NCBI RefSeq assembly: GCF_009914755.1
Contig: NC_060937.1
Origin: the human T2T-CHM13v2.0 reference genome, Homo sapiens
Length of the DNA stretch: 64,000 nt
Direction: 5' to 3' (one strand)
The position numbers were made by a program, and so were the translations under genes. Of this stretch, positions 13,360-28,100 are shown one piece after another (within the stretch, counting starts at the first letter, position 1; each line of letters starts with the position of its first letter). Under the pieces are notes generated by a model. The model saw nothing but the letters and a program-made list of their open reading frames with translations. It had not been told where the DNA came from and did not search any database.

Positions 13360-13790
13360 CTATTCTATTTGGTTATCTGTCTACATGGTAGTCTGCATGG
13401 ATGACGGATTGTCACTTTGAATTCAATGTGTTCAAAATTGGATTCATTATCTTTCTCTAAAAACTGGTTTCCTTTAAAATAATTCATTTCTATCTGAGGT
13501 ATGCCATCATCACAGCTTTTGCAATAAACCTTGGAAACATAATTTCTCATCCTCTTTTTTTCATAATCTCATTTCAGTGCTTTTCCTTCTAAAAATGATC
13601 CACGTTGACCCATTTCTCTTTATTCCCATGTCACCACTTCATCACTAATTGCCATTGTTACAGGATTCCACATCTACATTATTTTCACAATTCTCATGGC
13701 ATGGTCACTTTGTCTCACAAAGCCCACCAGCCTTTTCCCAAACTTTTCCAATGCCTCCTATATTCACTGCCTCAAATCCAAATCTTTGCT
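13360..13790 (+). mobile_element. L2 fragment
   Basis: catggatgac..cactttgaattcaatgtgttcaaaattggattcattatc, aaaccttggaaacataatt. Confidence 0.6.
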
Positions 13791-15439
13791 TACATAAATC
13801 AAGCCTGCTCTCAGTTGAGGTTGTTTTGTTCTTTGTGGTTAAAATGGTTGAATCTGAAATAAACATACTAGTTTATTTATTATATTGTATATCTTCATAT
13901 GTTTGTTTAAAAACTCTTTTTTTGGCTGGGAGATAATTTGATAATCTTCGGAATGGTAACAATTTATTACCATAGCCCTATTTCACGTTCTAACACTCAA
14001 ACCTTGTCCCTTTTAACAGTTTCTTAGATGTTTCCTGTGAAAAAGAAAACCAGCCTCTTGATCTAAATATGCTATTTTATTTATTTCATTGTCTCCACAA
14101 AACTTTCCCTGAAACAGACACAACATCAAGAGCATTTCTCACTATTTCTTACATCAAATTACTAGGCTTGAAAGCAATTCAGGATCTCCCAATATTTTTT
14201 ACTGGTTTTAACTTATCTCTTAACACAGTATAACTTGGGTCTCAATTTCTTTACAAATCAGTCCATTCTTCATCTTCCTAGTATCATTCTCATATCCACT
14301 GACTCCTGCCCTCTGTCTGTCTCTGCTTCTCTCATATGACTTTGTCTGAATCCTCTCAATTATTCACTGAAATATCTCCCTCCTTTCCAGATCACGATGC
14401 CTCCTGAGCTGACTTCATTCTGTTCTTATCACTAATCACCCAGCATCACGTAAATCTCAAATCGAGATGGGTTCAGGTACTCTTAAATTCTCATCTGTTA
14501 ATTCCCTTATTGGACCTTTCCAAACCCCTTGAGTGAAGGTTCTTTTCTAATTAATTAGTAGTTAAGTTAAAGTAAGGGAGGTTCATTTGTTATTTCATTT
14601 CATATGCAGTATCAGAGCATATTGTTATTCAATAAATATCATACGATACTGACAATAACTTCAGGTTAATAATATTCTAGGAGATTAGATATGATGAAGT
14701 CGAATAAACATACCCTTGAGTCCAAAAGGAAAAGATATTTAAATTTAAGGAACACTGCCGAAAGCATCTTTCCTCCAAAGACATAGCAAATGTAAGATAT
14801 AGAAGACAGCCTCTCCCCGACTTCCAGCCCCGGCTTTCCAACCGATATTGCTTTACCACAGCAGCCAACCCAGGCAACTGGTAAGCAGCATCTTGACTAA
14901 TGAGCCAGTTCTTCCAAGGTGTATGATATTTCCTTTTTGTAATCCAAACATTTTTGTGAACCAAGTGATCCAGACAGATAGCTTAAATACAACTTCAGTG
15001 TAGGTGTCGCCGTGGAGCTGACCCATGGCCCAAAGCATCTAAATTTGTAATAGGATATAGTTTATACTTGGCAAATTTGTCTCAGTATGAAATAACAATC
15101 AATTGAACTATTTCTGCCTAGGTTTTCCTTATCTTTGTTTCTCCATTTCCCACAGAGCACACTGCATTCTTATATTGGGGAATTTAGCTCCTTGTATTAT
15201 AGCGAGGTTTGCTTATGTGGGTCTTCTCTGTCAGCATGAACCCTGAATTACTTACTGTTTTTCTAAACACATTAATAGGTGGTTAATGCATGGTTTGAGA
15301 ATGAAAGAGAAAGGATAAGTATTTGTAGCCGAACTTTCTTTATAGAAACTTCTAAATTACTGATTATTCTACGCCATTTAAAAAACCCATCAGATAACTA
15401 CGGAAGGATACAGCTCTCAAAAGAACATTGACAAAATAT

Positions 15440-16300
15440 CCATTCCCATGGCTTCAATCACTAATCATTATCAGATGGTATCTAAAAATATCTCCATCCC
15501 GTTTCTCTTGTTTGAACTTGAAATCATAGCCTAATTGAATTCCCATCTTGGATATTCCAGAGATCTAAAAGTGGAGTCTTTAGCTTCCCCAAAACCACCT
15601 CTAGTCTACTCTGTCTGAGTTGAGTGATTGGTGCCTCTATCTACAAAGTGACTCAAGTATTCATTACTCCTTCATTTTCCTTGTTCCTTAAGTTTAAATT
15701 ATCATTAAGTCTTACTTATGCTTTATCCTAACACCCTTTATATCTATGCATTTCTCCTCTTCCTTACTGGCCCTGTTCTCCTCTAGGCCAAACTATTTAT
15801 TTTTTACACAACAAATAAATATTTTTATTACGTAAAATAATGCCTTTCTTTCTCAATTCCAATTAATTTAAATAAATCTTTCTGAAAGTTTTATAATAAC
15901 TGCAACTTTCCTGCCTACACCACTTTGTTATTAGCCTTAGAATAAGCTTCAAAAGTTTAAAAATATATTACTTCCTAATATGGCCTTTACCTCTCAAACT
16001 GTATTTCTTGACAACTCAATACCTCTCCAGACCTTGACTCTTCACTCCCCTTAATCTCAATTTATTTCAGTACCTTGAAATAAATTGTTTTATTTTTCTT
16101 CTGGACCTTCTCAAATGTTTTTTCTGACTGAAATCCTCTCCAGCACTACATCTTTCATTCAGCCTGGTCAGTGTTCAGTCTTCAGCTTAGGCAGTACTTT
16201 CTATAGAAAGCTTTTCTTGATTCCGAAGGTCTAAGTCCAGTATCCCTCCCCTGTGAACTCTTAGCACCTGGTACTTGCCCCTTCAAACTACTAAACACAT
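15440..16300 (+). mobile_element. L2 fragment(s)
   Basis: cccatggcttcaatcac, cttggatattccagagatct, tcttcagcttaggcagtactttctatagaaagcttttcttga. Confidence 0.6.
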
Positions 16301-16305
16301 TTCTG

Positions 16306-16657
<352 letters not shown>

Positions 16658-16764
16658 TCAGTGTGGTAGCTAAGTAAATGTTGTTCTTGAAAAAGCCAAG
16701 AAGGAAATAATGGTCATATAGTATTTCATTTGTATGCAGCCTTTTGATTTTCTTGGAATTTCTT

Positions 16765-17479
16765 TATATATATATAATATATATATTATACTTTAAGTTC
16801 TAGGGTACATGGGCACAACGTACAGGTTAGTTACATATGTATACATGTGCCATGCTGGTGTGCTGCACCCATTAACTCGTCATTTAGCATTAGGTATATC
16901 TCCTAATGCTATCCCTCCCCCCTCCCCCCACCCCACAACAGGCCCTGGTGTGTGATGTTCCCCTTCCTGTGTCCAGGTGTTCCCATTATTCAATTCCCAC
17001 CTATGAGTGAGAACATGTGGTGTTTGGTTTTCTGTCCTTGCTATAGTTTGCTGAGAATGATGGTTTCCAGCTTCATCCATGTCCCTACAAAGGACATGAA
17101 CTCATCATTTTTTATGGCTGCATAGTATTCCATGGTGTATATGTGCCACATTTTCTTAACCCAGTCTATCATTGTTGGACATTTGGGTTGGTTCCAAGTC
17201 TTTGCTATTGTGAATAGTGCCGCAATAAACATACGTGTGCATGTGTCTTTATAGAAGCATGATTTATAATCCTTTGGGTATATAGCCAGTAATGGGATGA
17301 CTGGGTCAAATGGTATTTCTAGTTCTAGATCCCTGAGGAATCGCCACACTGACTTCCACAATGGTTGAACTAGTTTACAGTCCCACCAATAGTGTAAAAG
17401 TGTTCCTATTTCTCCACATCCTGTCTAGCACCTGTTGTTTCCTGACTTTTTAATAATTGCCATTCTAACTGGTGTGAGA
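16765..17479 (-). mobile_element. 5'-truncated young L1PA (about PA3-PA5): 3' UTR plus ORF2 C-terminus
   Basis: tattatactttaagttctagggtacat...; ORF 17041-17361 is the L1 ORF2p C-terminus ([19 protein letters not shown]...); tail converted to (TA)n. Confidence 0.97.
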
Positions 17480-18004
17480 ATTGCCTTTCATTTCTTTCTT
17501 TTTTTCCCCTTTCCTTCCTGCCTCTCTCTTTCCGTTCTCTCTTTCTGTCATCACCTTTCAACATACTGGTTTGTCACATCTCTATCTGATCAGGTATCCT
17601 GTCAGAATTTTTTTATTTATTTAATTTTTCTTTCAGAGGTTATACTCTTGAGGGCATTCATCTTCTATTCCAATCTAAACATTCTTATATTGCTATTATC
17701 ATAGGACTACTTTTTATTATTTTTCTAAATTGTTTCTATATATTTTTCTGTATCTCACATCATACTTTTTCTTAGTTTATTCCTCTGTTTGACTATAGCA
17801 CATCCTAAAGTAATCTTCTAAGAAAATATTGGTATAAGGTAAATTTTCAGAATTATTCTCATATTATAAAATATCATAATTTGAAGCTCATACTTGATTG
17901 ATGCTATGATGATAGATTGAAAAGAAGTTCTCTGTAGATTTTTTGAGGCATTCCTCCATTGTCTTCTAACATCCAGTGTTTCTGACACAATTTCTAATAA
18001 TTTT

Positions 18005-18770
18005 ATATTAAAATATTGACATAATAGTTTCTAAGATAATACAAAGTATTCCTGTATATCTTTCCCCCAACTTTTCCTGAAGTTGCCATCTTACATAATG
18101 ATATTTTATTTGTTACAACTAAGAAATTAGTATTGGTACAACAATATTAACTAAAATAGACTTTATTTGTATTTCTTTAGTTGTTCAACTGATGTCCTGC
18201 TTTCTGTTCTATAATTCTAAACTGTATACCCTATTTCATCTAATTTTCATGTTTCCTCAGTCCCCTCTAATCTGACAGTTCCTTAGTCTTACTTTGTTTT
18301 TCACGACTTTGCTTTTTTTGGGGGGAGATGGAGTTTTGCTCTGTCGCCCAGGTTGGAATACAGTGGCATGATCTTGGCTCACTGCAACCTCCACCTCCTG
18401 GCTCCTGGGTTCAAGCGATTCTCCTGCCTCAGCCTCTCAAGTAGCTGGGATTACAGGCCCACACCACCACACCTGGCTAATTTTGTTATCTTTTTTTAGT
18501 ACAGTTGGGGTTTCCCCATATTGTCCAGGCTGGTCTCGAACTCCTGACCTCAAATGATCCACCCATCTCGGCCTCCCAAAGTGCTGGGATTACAGGTGGA
18601 AGCCATGGTGCCTGGCCAACTTTGACATTTTTAAAGGGCCTGAACGGGTATGTTGTAAAATACATCTCAATTTTTCTTTGGCTGAGGCTTGCTCATGATG
18701 AAACTTGGGTTATGGATTTGTGGGAACAATGCCATAAAAGTGAAGTGTCCTTCTCATCTAAGAAGAACAT
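18005..18770 (-). mobile_element. L1MC/MB-like 3' fragment interrupted by an Alu
   Basis: atcttacataat, aactaagaaattagtattggtacaa, ttttcacgactttg|Alu|actttgacatttttaaag. Confidence 0.65.
18313..18617 (-). mobile_element. AluS (Sx/Sz-like), antisense
   Basis: Full Alu consensus; flanking actttg repeat. Confidence 0.96.
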
Positions 18771-19402
18771 CCATGGAACCCTGACTCTTATCTCTTGTAC
18801 GTGACCAGATTTTTCTGTTGGTATTTTCTGTGGTTCCAAGTGATGTTTAAAAGCATTAATTGTCCCATTCATTGCATTAGGTTTCCATTGAACCTCTTTT
18901 GATGTGCCTGTTTGTATATTCAAGCTCTGAAAATTTCTTATTTATTTGTTTTTTGATATGTCCTGCTTTCCTTCATCTTTGTCCTCCCTTAATCTTATTT
19001 ACACCAGCATTTATTAGCCTTTTGTTTACACGGTATCATGAGTTCTTTTCTTTTTATGAGTAAAGTACTCTTGAAGATGATTTACTAAAACACCGGTTCT
19101 TATGGTCTTTTCTCAAAGTTTAAAAGGGGAAACTCATAAACTTTTTTTTAAATTTCTGATCTCCACACATTCAAAACTGAAATATAGGCAGGCATAATTT
19201 TGGCTTCCACTTCTTCTACTTTTAATGATTAACACAATTATTTTGAACTATTTTGGCCTCTGAATACTTCAAAGCAGTGACCCATAATGTTCAGCATTCT
19301 TTATCTCCTCTGTCTCGCAGCTGACGGAGTGGGCATACTGGTTGTATGCCTTGGCTCTCTGTTCACAATCCTGAAGGATAGAAGCCAATCGTTTGGTCAT
19401 TC

Positions 19403-19488
19403 TGACACCAGATATTGTATGCAAAGCTGACTGTGTTTTCTCTGGTGACACCAGACACTGTATGCAAAGCTGGCTGTGTTTTCTCCGG
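19403..19488. repeat. 43-bp tandem duplication (2 copies)
   Basis: tgacaccagatattgtatgcaaagctgactgtgttttctctgg / tgacaccagacactgtatgcaaagctggctgtgttttctccgg. Confidence 0.95.
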
Positions 19489-19829
19489 TGAATTGGGAAG
19501 AGGGACTACACTTGAAATTGACAAGATGAGTTTCAGTTGCCAGCTGTTCCACGTGGGTCCTTTCAGTTCCTGTAAGGCTTCCAGACACTGGCATGAGGTC
19601 AGATTTCCTTTGTCTTACTTTTCATAATCAAGTTCTAGGCCACTAGATAAAACTACTCTTATGATTTTTAATTCTTTATTAAAGTAGGTTATACACAGAA
19701 AACATAAATTGGAGTCTGCCTTCCTGATTTTCCTGTAGTGGTTTACTTACTCTGATTCCCCTGTTCAATATGGAGTTACTTCAAAAACACATGTTCAACT
19801 GAAATTCTAAAATCCCTTTTAAAAATCAG

Positions 19830-20324
<495 letters not shown>

Positions 20325-21139
20325 CTAACTCTAGACAGTTGAGAGACTGTTTACACAGATTACACACCATCTCTACATCATCTCTTCCTCCCTCAAGCTG
20401 CCATCTAATTTTAGTTACGTCAGTACTAGTGCCTTCATAATGATGGAGGAAAGGTATTAAGTTTCTTTCTTCTGGAGGCCCTGTTTTTAATAAATCAATC
20501 ACAAGTGAGATTTATTAAAAACAAATGGCTAAAATGATTTTTAGATTATTCATATTTTATAGTAACTGCCTATCCGACCATTAATGACTACACATGAAGT
20601 TGTTCTATATTTATTTTGTCCAGTAAATTTTCTTCTAGATAAATATATGGAAAGACAATGGCTCTCTTAGTTAAAATGATATTTGACATAATTTCAAAGC
20701 TATGACAATTTCCTTATATTTGAAACACTTTCTGCTGACGCAGCATTTCTTTAAAGCATAGTTTATTCCATGACATGAAGATGGAAAAACCTCCTGAGTA
20801 TGAAGGACCAGGTACCCAAATGTCCTGAGAAAGCCTCCTTCCCTTTTTATACCTCAGAAGCCAAATATGTTATTTACTCTAAAGCGTGTTCTTACATCTT
20901 GCTCCATAGCTCATTTAATGACATCACCATTCATTCAATGTCCAGACTGCTCTCATTGGATACACGAGGCTCTAGGGTAGTTTGAAGATTCCCTTAAGAC
21001 CGAAACAAACAAGTAAACACCTCTGACTATGTTTGGTCGTTTAGTCTATGGTGGATCTGTAGATCCATTTTTTTTAAACTGAAGTTTGGATGTTTTATTT
21101 ATTTTAGAAATGTAAAAGATTTCTGTGTCTGTGAATGTG

Positions 21140-21300
21140 CAGTGTTGTATGGTAGAGGAAAACATAGGCCCTGAAGTAAGATAGATCTATAAGTGACTTT
21201 ACTTCTTTTATAGATGTTGGAGGAACTTTGAAAAAAATAGGTTTTTGGATAAAAGTTGCTTAAAATTTCAGATCTCTCTTCCCATATGTAAATGTAAATA
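21140..21300 (+). mobile_element. MIR fragment
   Basis: gcagtgttgtatggtagaggaaaacataggccctgaagtaagatagatct, MIR 5' end. Confidence 0.5.
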
Positions 21301-21336
21301 TTTATATATATTTAAATATTTGTCATTAAGATACTT

Positions 21337-21656
<320 letters not shown>

Positions 21657-22689
21657 TGAAGATACTTATTAACAATATATAAAATGATAGTATCTGTCAT
21701 TTAGAGGTGTTCAATTATTTACATAAACATGTGAATAGAAAAGAATATAAATCTACATTCTTGATGACATAAATGATAATATAAAATGTTATATATCCCA
21801 GAAGGTTCAGAAAAAATAAGACTAGATTTGAAATAAAATTATCTAATAAAGAAATATAAATGGGATGTAAAATCATGTCAACTACTCACCCTTTGAAGGA
21901 GCAGGCTTATGAGAAGCTAGGAAAGAATTCTTATGGTTCTTAAATAATTATCTGCAGGAATCAAGGTGCTCAGTACTTCCTCTTGTCTCCTTTAGTCTAT
22001 GCAGATACACTTGGTAAATAGTCCCATTTCCCCTTCATGTCTTCCTTTCTTCCCTTCATTGTAATAATGACCTGTAAGTACAAGAAGAATTACCGTCAGG
22101 TAAAAGCCTTTTTAATAGATCCTGCAATGAAAATTATAATTACTTTAAAGCAGTAAAATTGTAATGCTAGTAGGTAATACTCAGACATGTTCTTCTCAAA
22201 CATTCTTTTAACTCTTCCGTGATATTTTCTGAAGCTCTGAAAGAATTTCCCCTTTTAAAGAATTGACGTATAAAATATATGCACTCTCCCACTAGAGATA
22301 CGAGCTACTTTAGTCCCGTATTTTATTATTGCAGGGATAGATAAGTGGACAGATGCTGTCAAGCATTCAAATAATCGACCTATAAAGGGCTAGACATAGA
22401 AAGACATAATTTCCCTGACCTCTCCAACACGCAGTCTATTCTCACTCTGGAGGATGAAATGCAAAGACTCAACTCCAAGAATGAAGGTACACAATGTGTT
22501 TCAGGGGAGTGGACGCATAGCTATGGCCTCACAGTTGGCACTTACTCTATGCCCTGGTGATACTGAATTTGGATATGATACACAACGATATTCAGCTTCT
22601 GGAGGGCCGGGGAAGGGTCCATTGCAAAATTGTGCGGAGTTGACCCTTGGGTAAAAATCAGAATTTACATTTTGGTTTTAAATTTTATA

Positions 22690-22830
22690 AGGTACAGTAC
22701 TGTTCTATTTGCTCTACATAAATAATTTCATTTAATCTACTCAACAGCTTAGTGTTTTGTGTATTATTATTCATCTCAGTTTATAGCTGTGGAATCTGAG
22801 CTTTACAAAGGCTAGGTAACTCATCTGAAG
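22690..22830 (-). mobile_element. MIR fragment
   Basis: ttcatttaatctactcaacagc...attattattcatctcagtttatagctgtggaatctgag. Confidence 0.6.
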
Positions 22831-23224
22831 GCAATGCTTAGCACTGCTTAGCAGCCCAATAGTGGTACCAGCTCAGCACCATGGTTTTATTTATACTTTG
22901 TCTCTGTAGACCTTGCTTTATTCCGGACTTGAGAAGGAGTTCTCCAAGCATTTGGAAGAAACTCCTTTTCCATTGAAGTTGTTTAAAGAACACTTACCTT
23001 TTGAGTAAGCCAGAAGCTTTTTTTGAAAATACATGGAATGTGATGTTTTTTATTTTATAATGCCTACTTGAGCTGCATACCCAAGGCTACCTGTCAATAA
23101 TCAGTCACTTTTCACAGATTATTTTTACTACAATCTATGACAAAGATGATCACACTGACCTATTTAGCCTCTTAAAACTCTGCTTTGTACTTGATTATCT
23201 AAAACACTATTTATTTCACTTCAG

Positions 23225-23760
23225 CCCAATAAATACTTATTGAGTGCCTGTTATGTGCCAGGCACAGATGCCAAGATATAACCTGTGATTTAATGGGGTA
23301 ACATACATCATGCATTGCTTTAGGAGTGTGTTCACTGGGCAAAGGGAACAAAGAGGCACTTGGCTCACCCTAGAGCAAGAGGAGAGGCTCTCCAGATTTG
23401 CTGACCTAGAAGGATAAGTCTGAAAGTAGGAGGGTGGGGAGAGCCAGATGAACAAGGGAGGTGAAAACGTGATCTAGGGAGGCATCCGAGTGAGCAAAGG
23501 CACGAGTGAGCCTGGTACACTTCTGGGCAGGCAGAAGGAAGGCAGTTAGGCTGTTAGGAAGGCAGTTAGGCTGCAGTGAATTCTACAAAGAGGCTATGGG
23601 AAAGAAACCTGGAAAGGTAGGGAGGTATGGATATGGACAAGCTATGCCAAGGAGCAGGGCTTTGTCATGGAGAGTGACTAGGTGCTTTTACATAGGAAAG
23701 TCACCTGATAATATTAAAACCTGTGAAATATCACTCTGGTGGAAGTGTGAATGAATTTGA
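23225..23760 (-). mobile_element. L2 3' fragment
   Basis: aataaatacttattgagtgcctgttatgtgccaggcacag, the canonical antisense L2 3' end. Confidence 0.7.
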
Positions 23761-25091
23761 AAGGGGTGTAACACTGTTCTACTTTGTTTACTCCTCAGTA
23801 CCCTTGGCTGTGTACATTTGAGTAAAGAGAGCACTATAAAATCAAAAACCAATGAAATGGTTTCCAGAACACAGAACTATTAAGCTTAAGAAAAGGACAG
23901 AAGGAACTGAAGAGAGAGGAACTGTTTTGGAGCATCACACTTCCACCTCAGAAGAAATAAGGAAGGAAGGAGGAGGGTGTTCCCACGGCTCTTCAACCAG
24001 GCCGGCTCTTCAGCCTACATCCCCATCTCATCAAGTAAAAGGGATTTTTCAACTGGACCAACCAGATGGTTTAACAGTGCACTCCCACACCATTCAACTA
24101 CGCAAGGGAGATACACTTAACATATGCAGTCGTATAACACCTACTAACATTTTCAAACATTAAACCTTTAAAAAAGAGTTCTAAAGAAATAGAAGCTTGA
24201 AGTATCATCTCTCAAGTATATAGACACTACTTCATGGTGTGGTAATATATGCATATAGAAGCTAGTAAACACCTCCAGGAGATGCAAAAGGAATTAGAAC
24301 TGCCACAAGGTGCAAGCAAAACCTTGAGGTAAGCCTGTTCTTTACTCAGTACATTTTTCCTCTTCGACATTGTAGGTATGTTATCTCCATCATCCGTATT
24401 TGTCTATTGCAGTCTCCATTGATGGTGAAGTATTTTCACTATTTGGCATGTCTTCTCTAGTACCTAGAGCAGTGCGTTGCATGCAGTAGCAGGTTTATAA
24501 ACATTTGCGAGTAAAACATCCAACCTGATACTCAAGGTAAACTCCTGAACCAAACACCCAGAGTAATGTGAATGTTTTTCTATACTCTAGAGTTTATGGC
24601 TAGAAATTGCACGGAATGAACTGCATCCTAAACTGGGGTCGGGAAGGTGGGAAAATGAGTCCAGTGATGAAAGGAAGAAGCTGTGCAAGCTATGAAAAAA
24701 CCTGGTGTGGGAAACTTTTTGTGTGATGTCTGTATATTTTTTTCTTATTTTTTAACAGCAGGTAGCTGTCTTCTCATATATAATTAATTTCCAAACCTCC
24801 ATTTTTGATGTATGTCATAAAACTGGCATTTTAATTATTTATTTTCAATGTATTTTCTGTTCTGTTAATGAAGATTACAATGAAGAGGAGGGGGAAATCA
24901 ATTTTTTTAAAAAAAGGAAAAATATAAAATTCAGACCTAAACCTATTTTTCTTCTTCCGATCTATTTACCCAGCTTCATCTTCATATTACCTGTAGCCCT
25001 GTGATGCAGGACAGCGCTGAATCAGTTCTCAAAGTCATCCAGTTCAGGAAGCTTTCTAGATACTCACACTTGCCCTCAAACATACCCCTTC

Positions 25092-25099
25092 TGCGCGCG

Positions 25100-25147
<48 letters not shown>
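25092..25147. repeat. (GC)n/(CA)n compound dinucleotide repeat
   Basis: tgcgcgcgcacgcgcgcgc followed by a pure (AC)n run. Confidence 0.97.
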
Positions 25148-25148
<1 letters not shown>

Positions 25149-28100
25149 CTTCCTTCTCTAAATGCCCCATGATACTGGATTTATCCTTTTATCACTCTTG
25201 TTTACGATGTGCTACTGTAATTGAGTATATCCTATGTATCAAGCTCTGTGTTACCTATTTTAAGGATTTAAAATGATTTAGTTGTTTGTACATAATTTGT
25301 GTAACATCCTTTCCTATGAGAGCAAAAAGATAAAATTTGCATCTGATTTTTAAAACATGATATACATACATGTTTCAGAGAGCATGCATCTAATTAAATA
25401 TTTGATGAGTGCAGAAGAATGAGTGAGAGTATGAATGTCTGTAAAAGATTATTTGGTTATTACATTAAACCAGATAGTCTCTTGGTAAACTTTAAGTTAC
25501 ATTTATGCGGACAGAATTACAGATTCTCCACTGGCACACATGTTGCAGCATTTACTATCTTCTTTCATCTGATCAGATGTCAAAAGGAGATTTTTGAGCC
25601 ATCATTTAGGTAATTGTTCATGAAGCCCAGACCAAAATATTGTGATAAATGTAGTTAAAATTATCTTTTTGTTAACTGCTATATTAGGAAAAAGTTGATA
25701 CAAAATAAATTTTACATGTTTAAAATGTACCACTTAACAGGTTTTGGCATATGTTTACCCCTTAAAACTGATACTGACTGCCCCATCCCAAAGCAGCCAC
25801 TGATCTACTTCCTGGCCTTATCTATTAGCTTACATTTCCTAGAAGTTTGTGTAAATGTAATTATACAGTGTACCTTTTGTTGTTGTTGTTCAACTTATTT
25901 CATTCAGAATGATGTATTTTTTTTGAGATTCATTCACATAGTTGAGTGTATCAATACTTCATTTATTTTTTCCTGCTTGGTAGTTTTTCATTGCTTGGGT
26001 GTGCTACAGTTTTTATATTCAATCATCTGTTAATGAACATTTGAGTTGTTTCCAAATTTGCGCTGTTACAAATAAAACGGGTATGAACTTGTATGTATAA
26101 ATATTTGCATGGACATATGTTTTCATTTCCTGTGGGGAAACACCTAGAATGGGAATCAGTAAATCCTACTGTAGGTATGTATTTAAAATGTTAATCAACC
26201 GTCAAACTATTTTCTAAAATAACTCCATGGCTTTATCTTCTCACCAGTAGTGTGAAAATTCCAGTTCTCTCAGGATTCTTGACTAAATTTAGTGTGGACA
26301 GTGTCTTGAAATTGAGCTATTCAAATAGGTGTATATTGCTATGAGATTGTGCACTTCATTTGGACTTTTTCTAAGTACATTGAACATCTTTTAATGTGCT
26401 TATTGCTATCTACATGTCTTCTTTGATGAAGTGTCTATTCAAATCAGTTACCCATCTTTTAATAGGGTGGTTTGTTATTTTTACGTTTTGAGAATATTTT
26501 TAAAAATATTTTGAATGCAAGTTCTTTATTAGACATTACACATATAACTTGATAATCAGTTTTTCCCAATCTGTGGCTTGTCTTTTCATTCATGGTACCT
26601 TTGGAAGGGCAGTTTAATTTTGATGAATTAGATGAATTACAACATATCAATTTATTCTATTATTGATCTGAGCCTAATCTATGTCACAAAGAATTTGTTT
26701 CCTTTTTCTAGAATTTTTGTAATTTTAGACTTAACTCTAAAATCTTGAGTTAATATTTTATATAAGGCATGATATGAATTAGAGATACATTATTTACATA
26801 TGGATATCCAATTAGTCTAGCACCATTTATTTAAAGGCTATCCTTTTTCCATTTAATCTTCTGTAAAACTTTGTCAAAAATTAGTTGTCCATATGTGTAT
26901 AGATCTACTTCTGGAATATCTATTCATTCTCTTGGTCTCATATTTGTCATCATATAATAAATCTTGAAATCTAATAATGTTAGGTCTACAACTTTGTCTT
27001 TTTTATTCAACATATTCTGACTATTTTAGAAACCTTGCATTTCTGTATTTATTTTAGAAACAGCTAGCTAATTTCTAAAAAAGACAGCCTAGAGTTTTAA
27101 TGAATACATATAGTAGTATTTCTTCCCTTCCAATCTTGGTGAATTTTTTTCTTTTTCTTTCCTGATTTCATTGACTAAAAATTCCAGTAAAATGTTAAAT
27201 AAAAGTGGTGAGAATTGAATCTGTTTTGTTCCTCATGTTAGTGAAAAAAGTTTCAGTCTTTCGCTATTAAGTTTGATGTTAGCTGTAAGCATTTCTGATG
27301 CCATTTTTCAGATTGAGATGTTTCTGTCTTAACTCTTATAAGAATACTTATTAGGAAATTCAGTTTACAAATGTGTGTAATTTCAGGTTACTTTTCATAC
27401 ATAAAACCAAACCTTAATTCTTAGAATAAACATCTCTTATTTTTTATATGTTATTATTTTTGTATATTGTTGGATTTGATTTGTTATAATTTTGTTAGAA
27501 CTTTTTCATTTTTGCTCATGATGAATATTAGTCTATGCTTTCTTTTCTACGAATATAATTGTCTGGTTATGATATCAGAGTAAATCCAGGCCACAAAACG
27601 TGTTGGGAAGTGGTTCCCCCTTTTAAATTTTCTGGGAGAACTTGGATAGAGTTGCTATTTTTCTGTAAATATTTGATATAAATCATCAGCGAAACTATCT
27701 GGGCCTGGAATTTTGGTGGAGGCAGGTTTTTAACTACATTGTAGAGTACTTCAAGTAATCTAACTCTTCTTGAGTGACTATTGTTGTATTTTCTCAATAA
27801 GTGTGTTCATTTTTCGAATCTGTCATATTTCCTGGCATACAGTTGTTTACAGCATTCTTTTTTATTGCCTAATATCTATGGATCTTTAGTAATGCCACTC
27901 CCATTCTTTGGAAATTTGGTGCTATTTTTTTTTTCAGATCATTCTGGCTAGAGATTTATACATTTTCTTGATTGACTCAAAGATCCGTCTTTACTTTTTT
28001 GAATTTCTCTGGTTTGTATTTTATTTTATTGATTACTATCTGATTTTTACTATTTTATTTATTCTATATATTTTGTGATTAATTTGGTGATTTTTTTCTA

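Noticed and set aside
16880-17361. ORFs resembling real proteins (also 29622-29903, 60460-60942, 61068-61385)
   Set aside because: L1 ORF2 or 3' UTR remnants in truncated elements with no L1 promoter or intact RT
22991-23000. Perfect minus-strand donor AAG|GTAAGT
   Set aside because: No convincing acceptor or open frame upstream; such 9-mers occur by chance in 64 kb
24279-24334. Small + strand exon-like segment ending gag|gtaagc
   Set aside because: Weak polypyrimidine tract and no recognisable peptide
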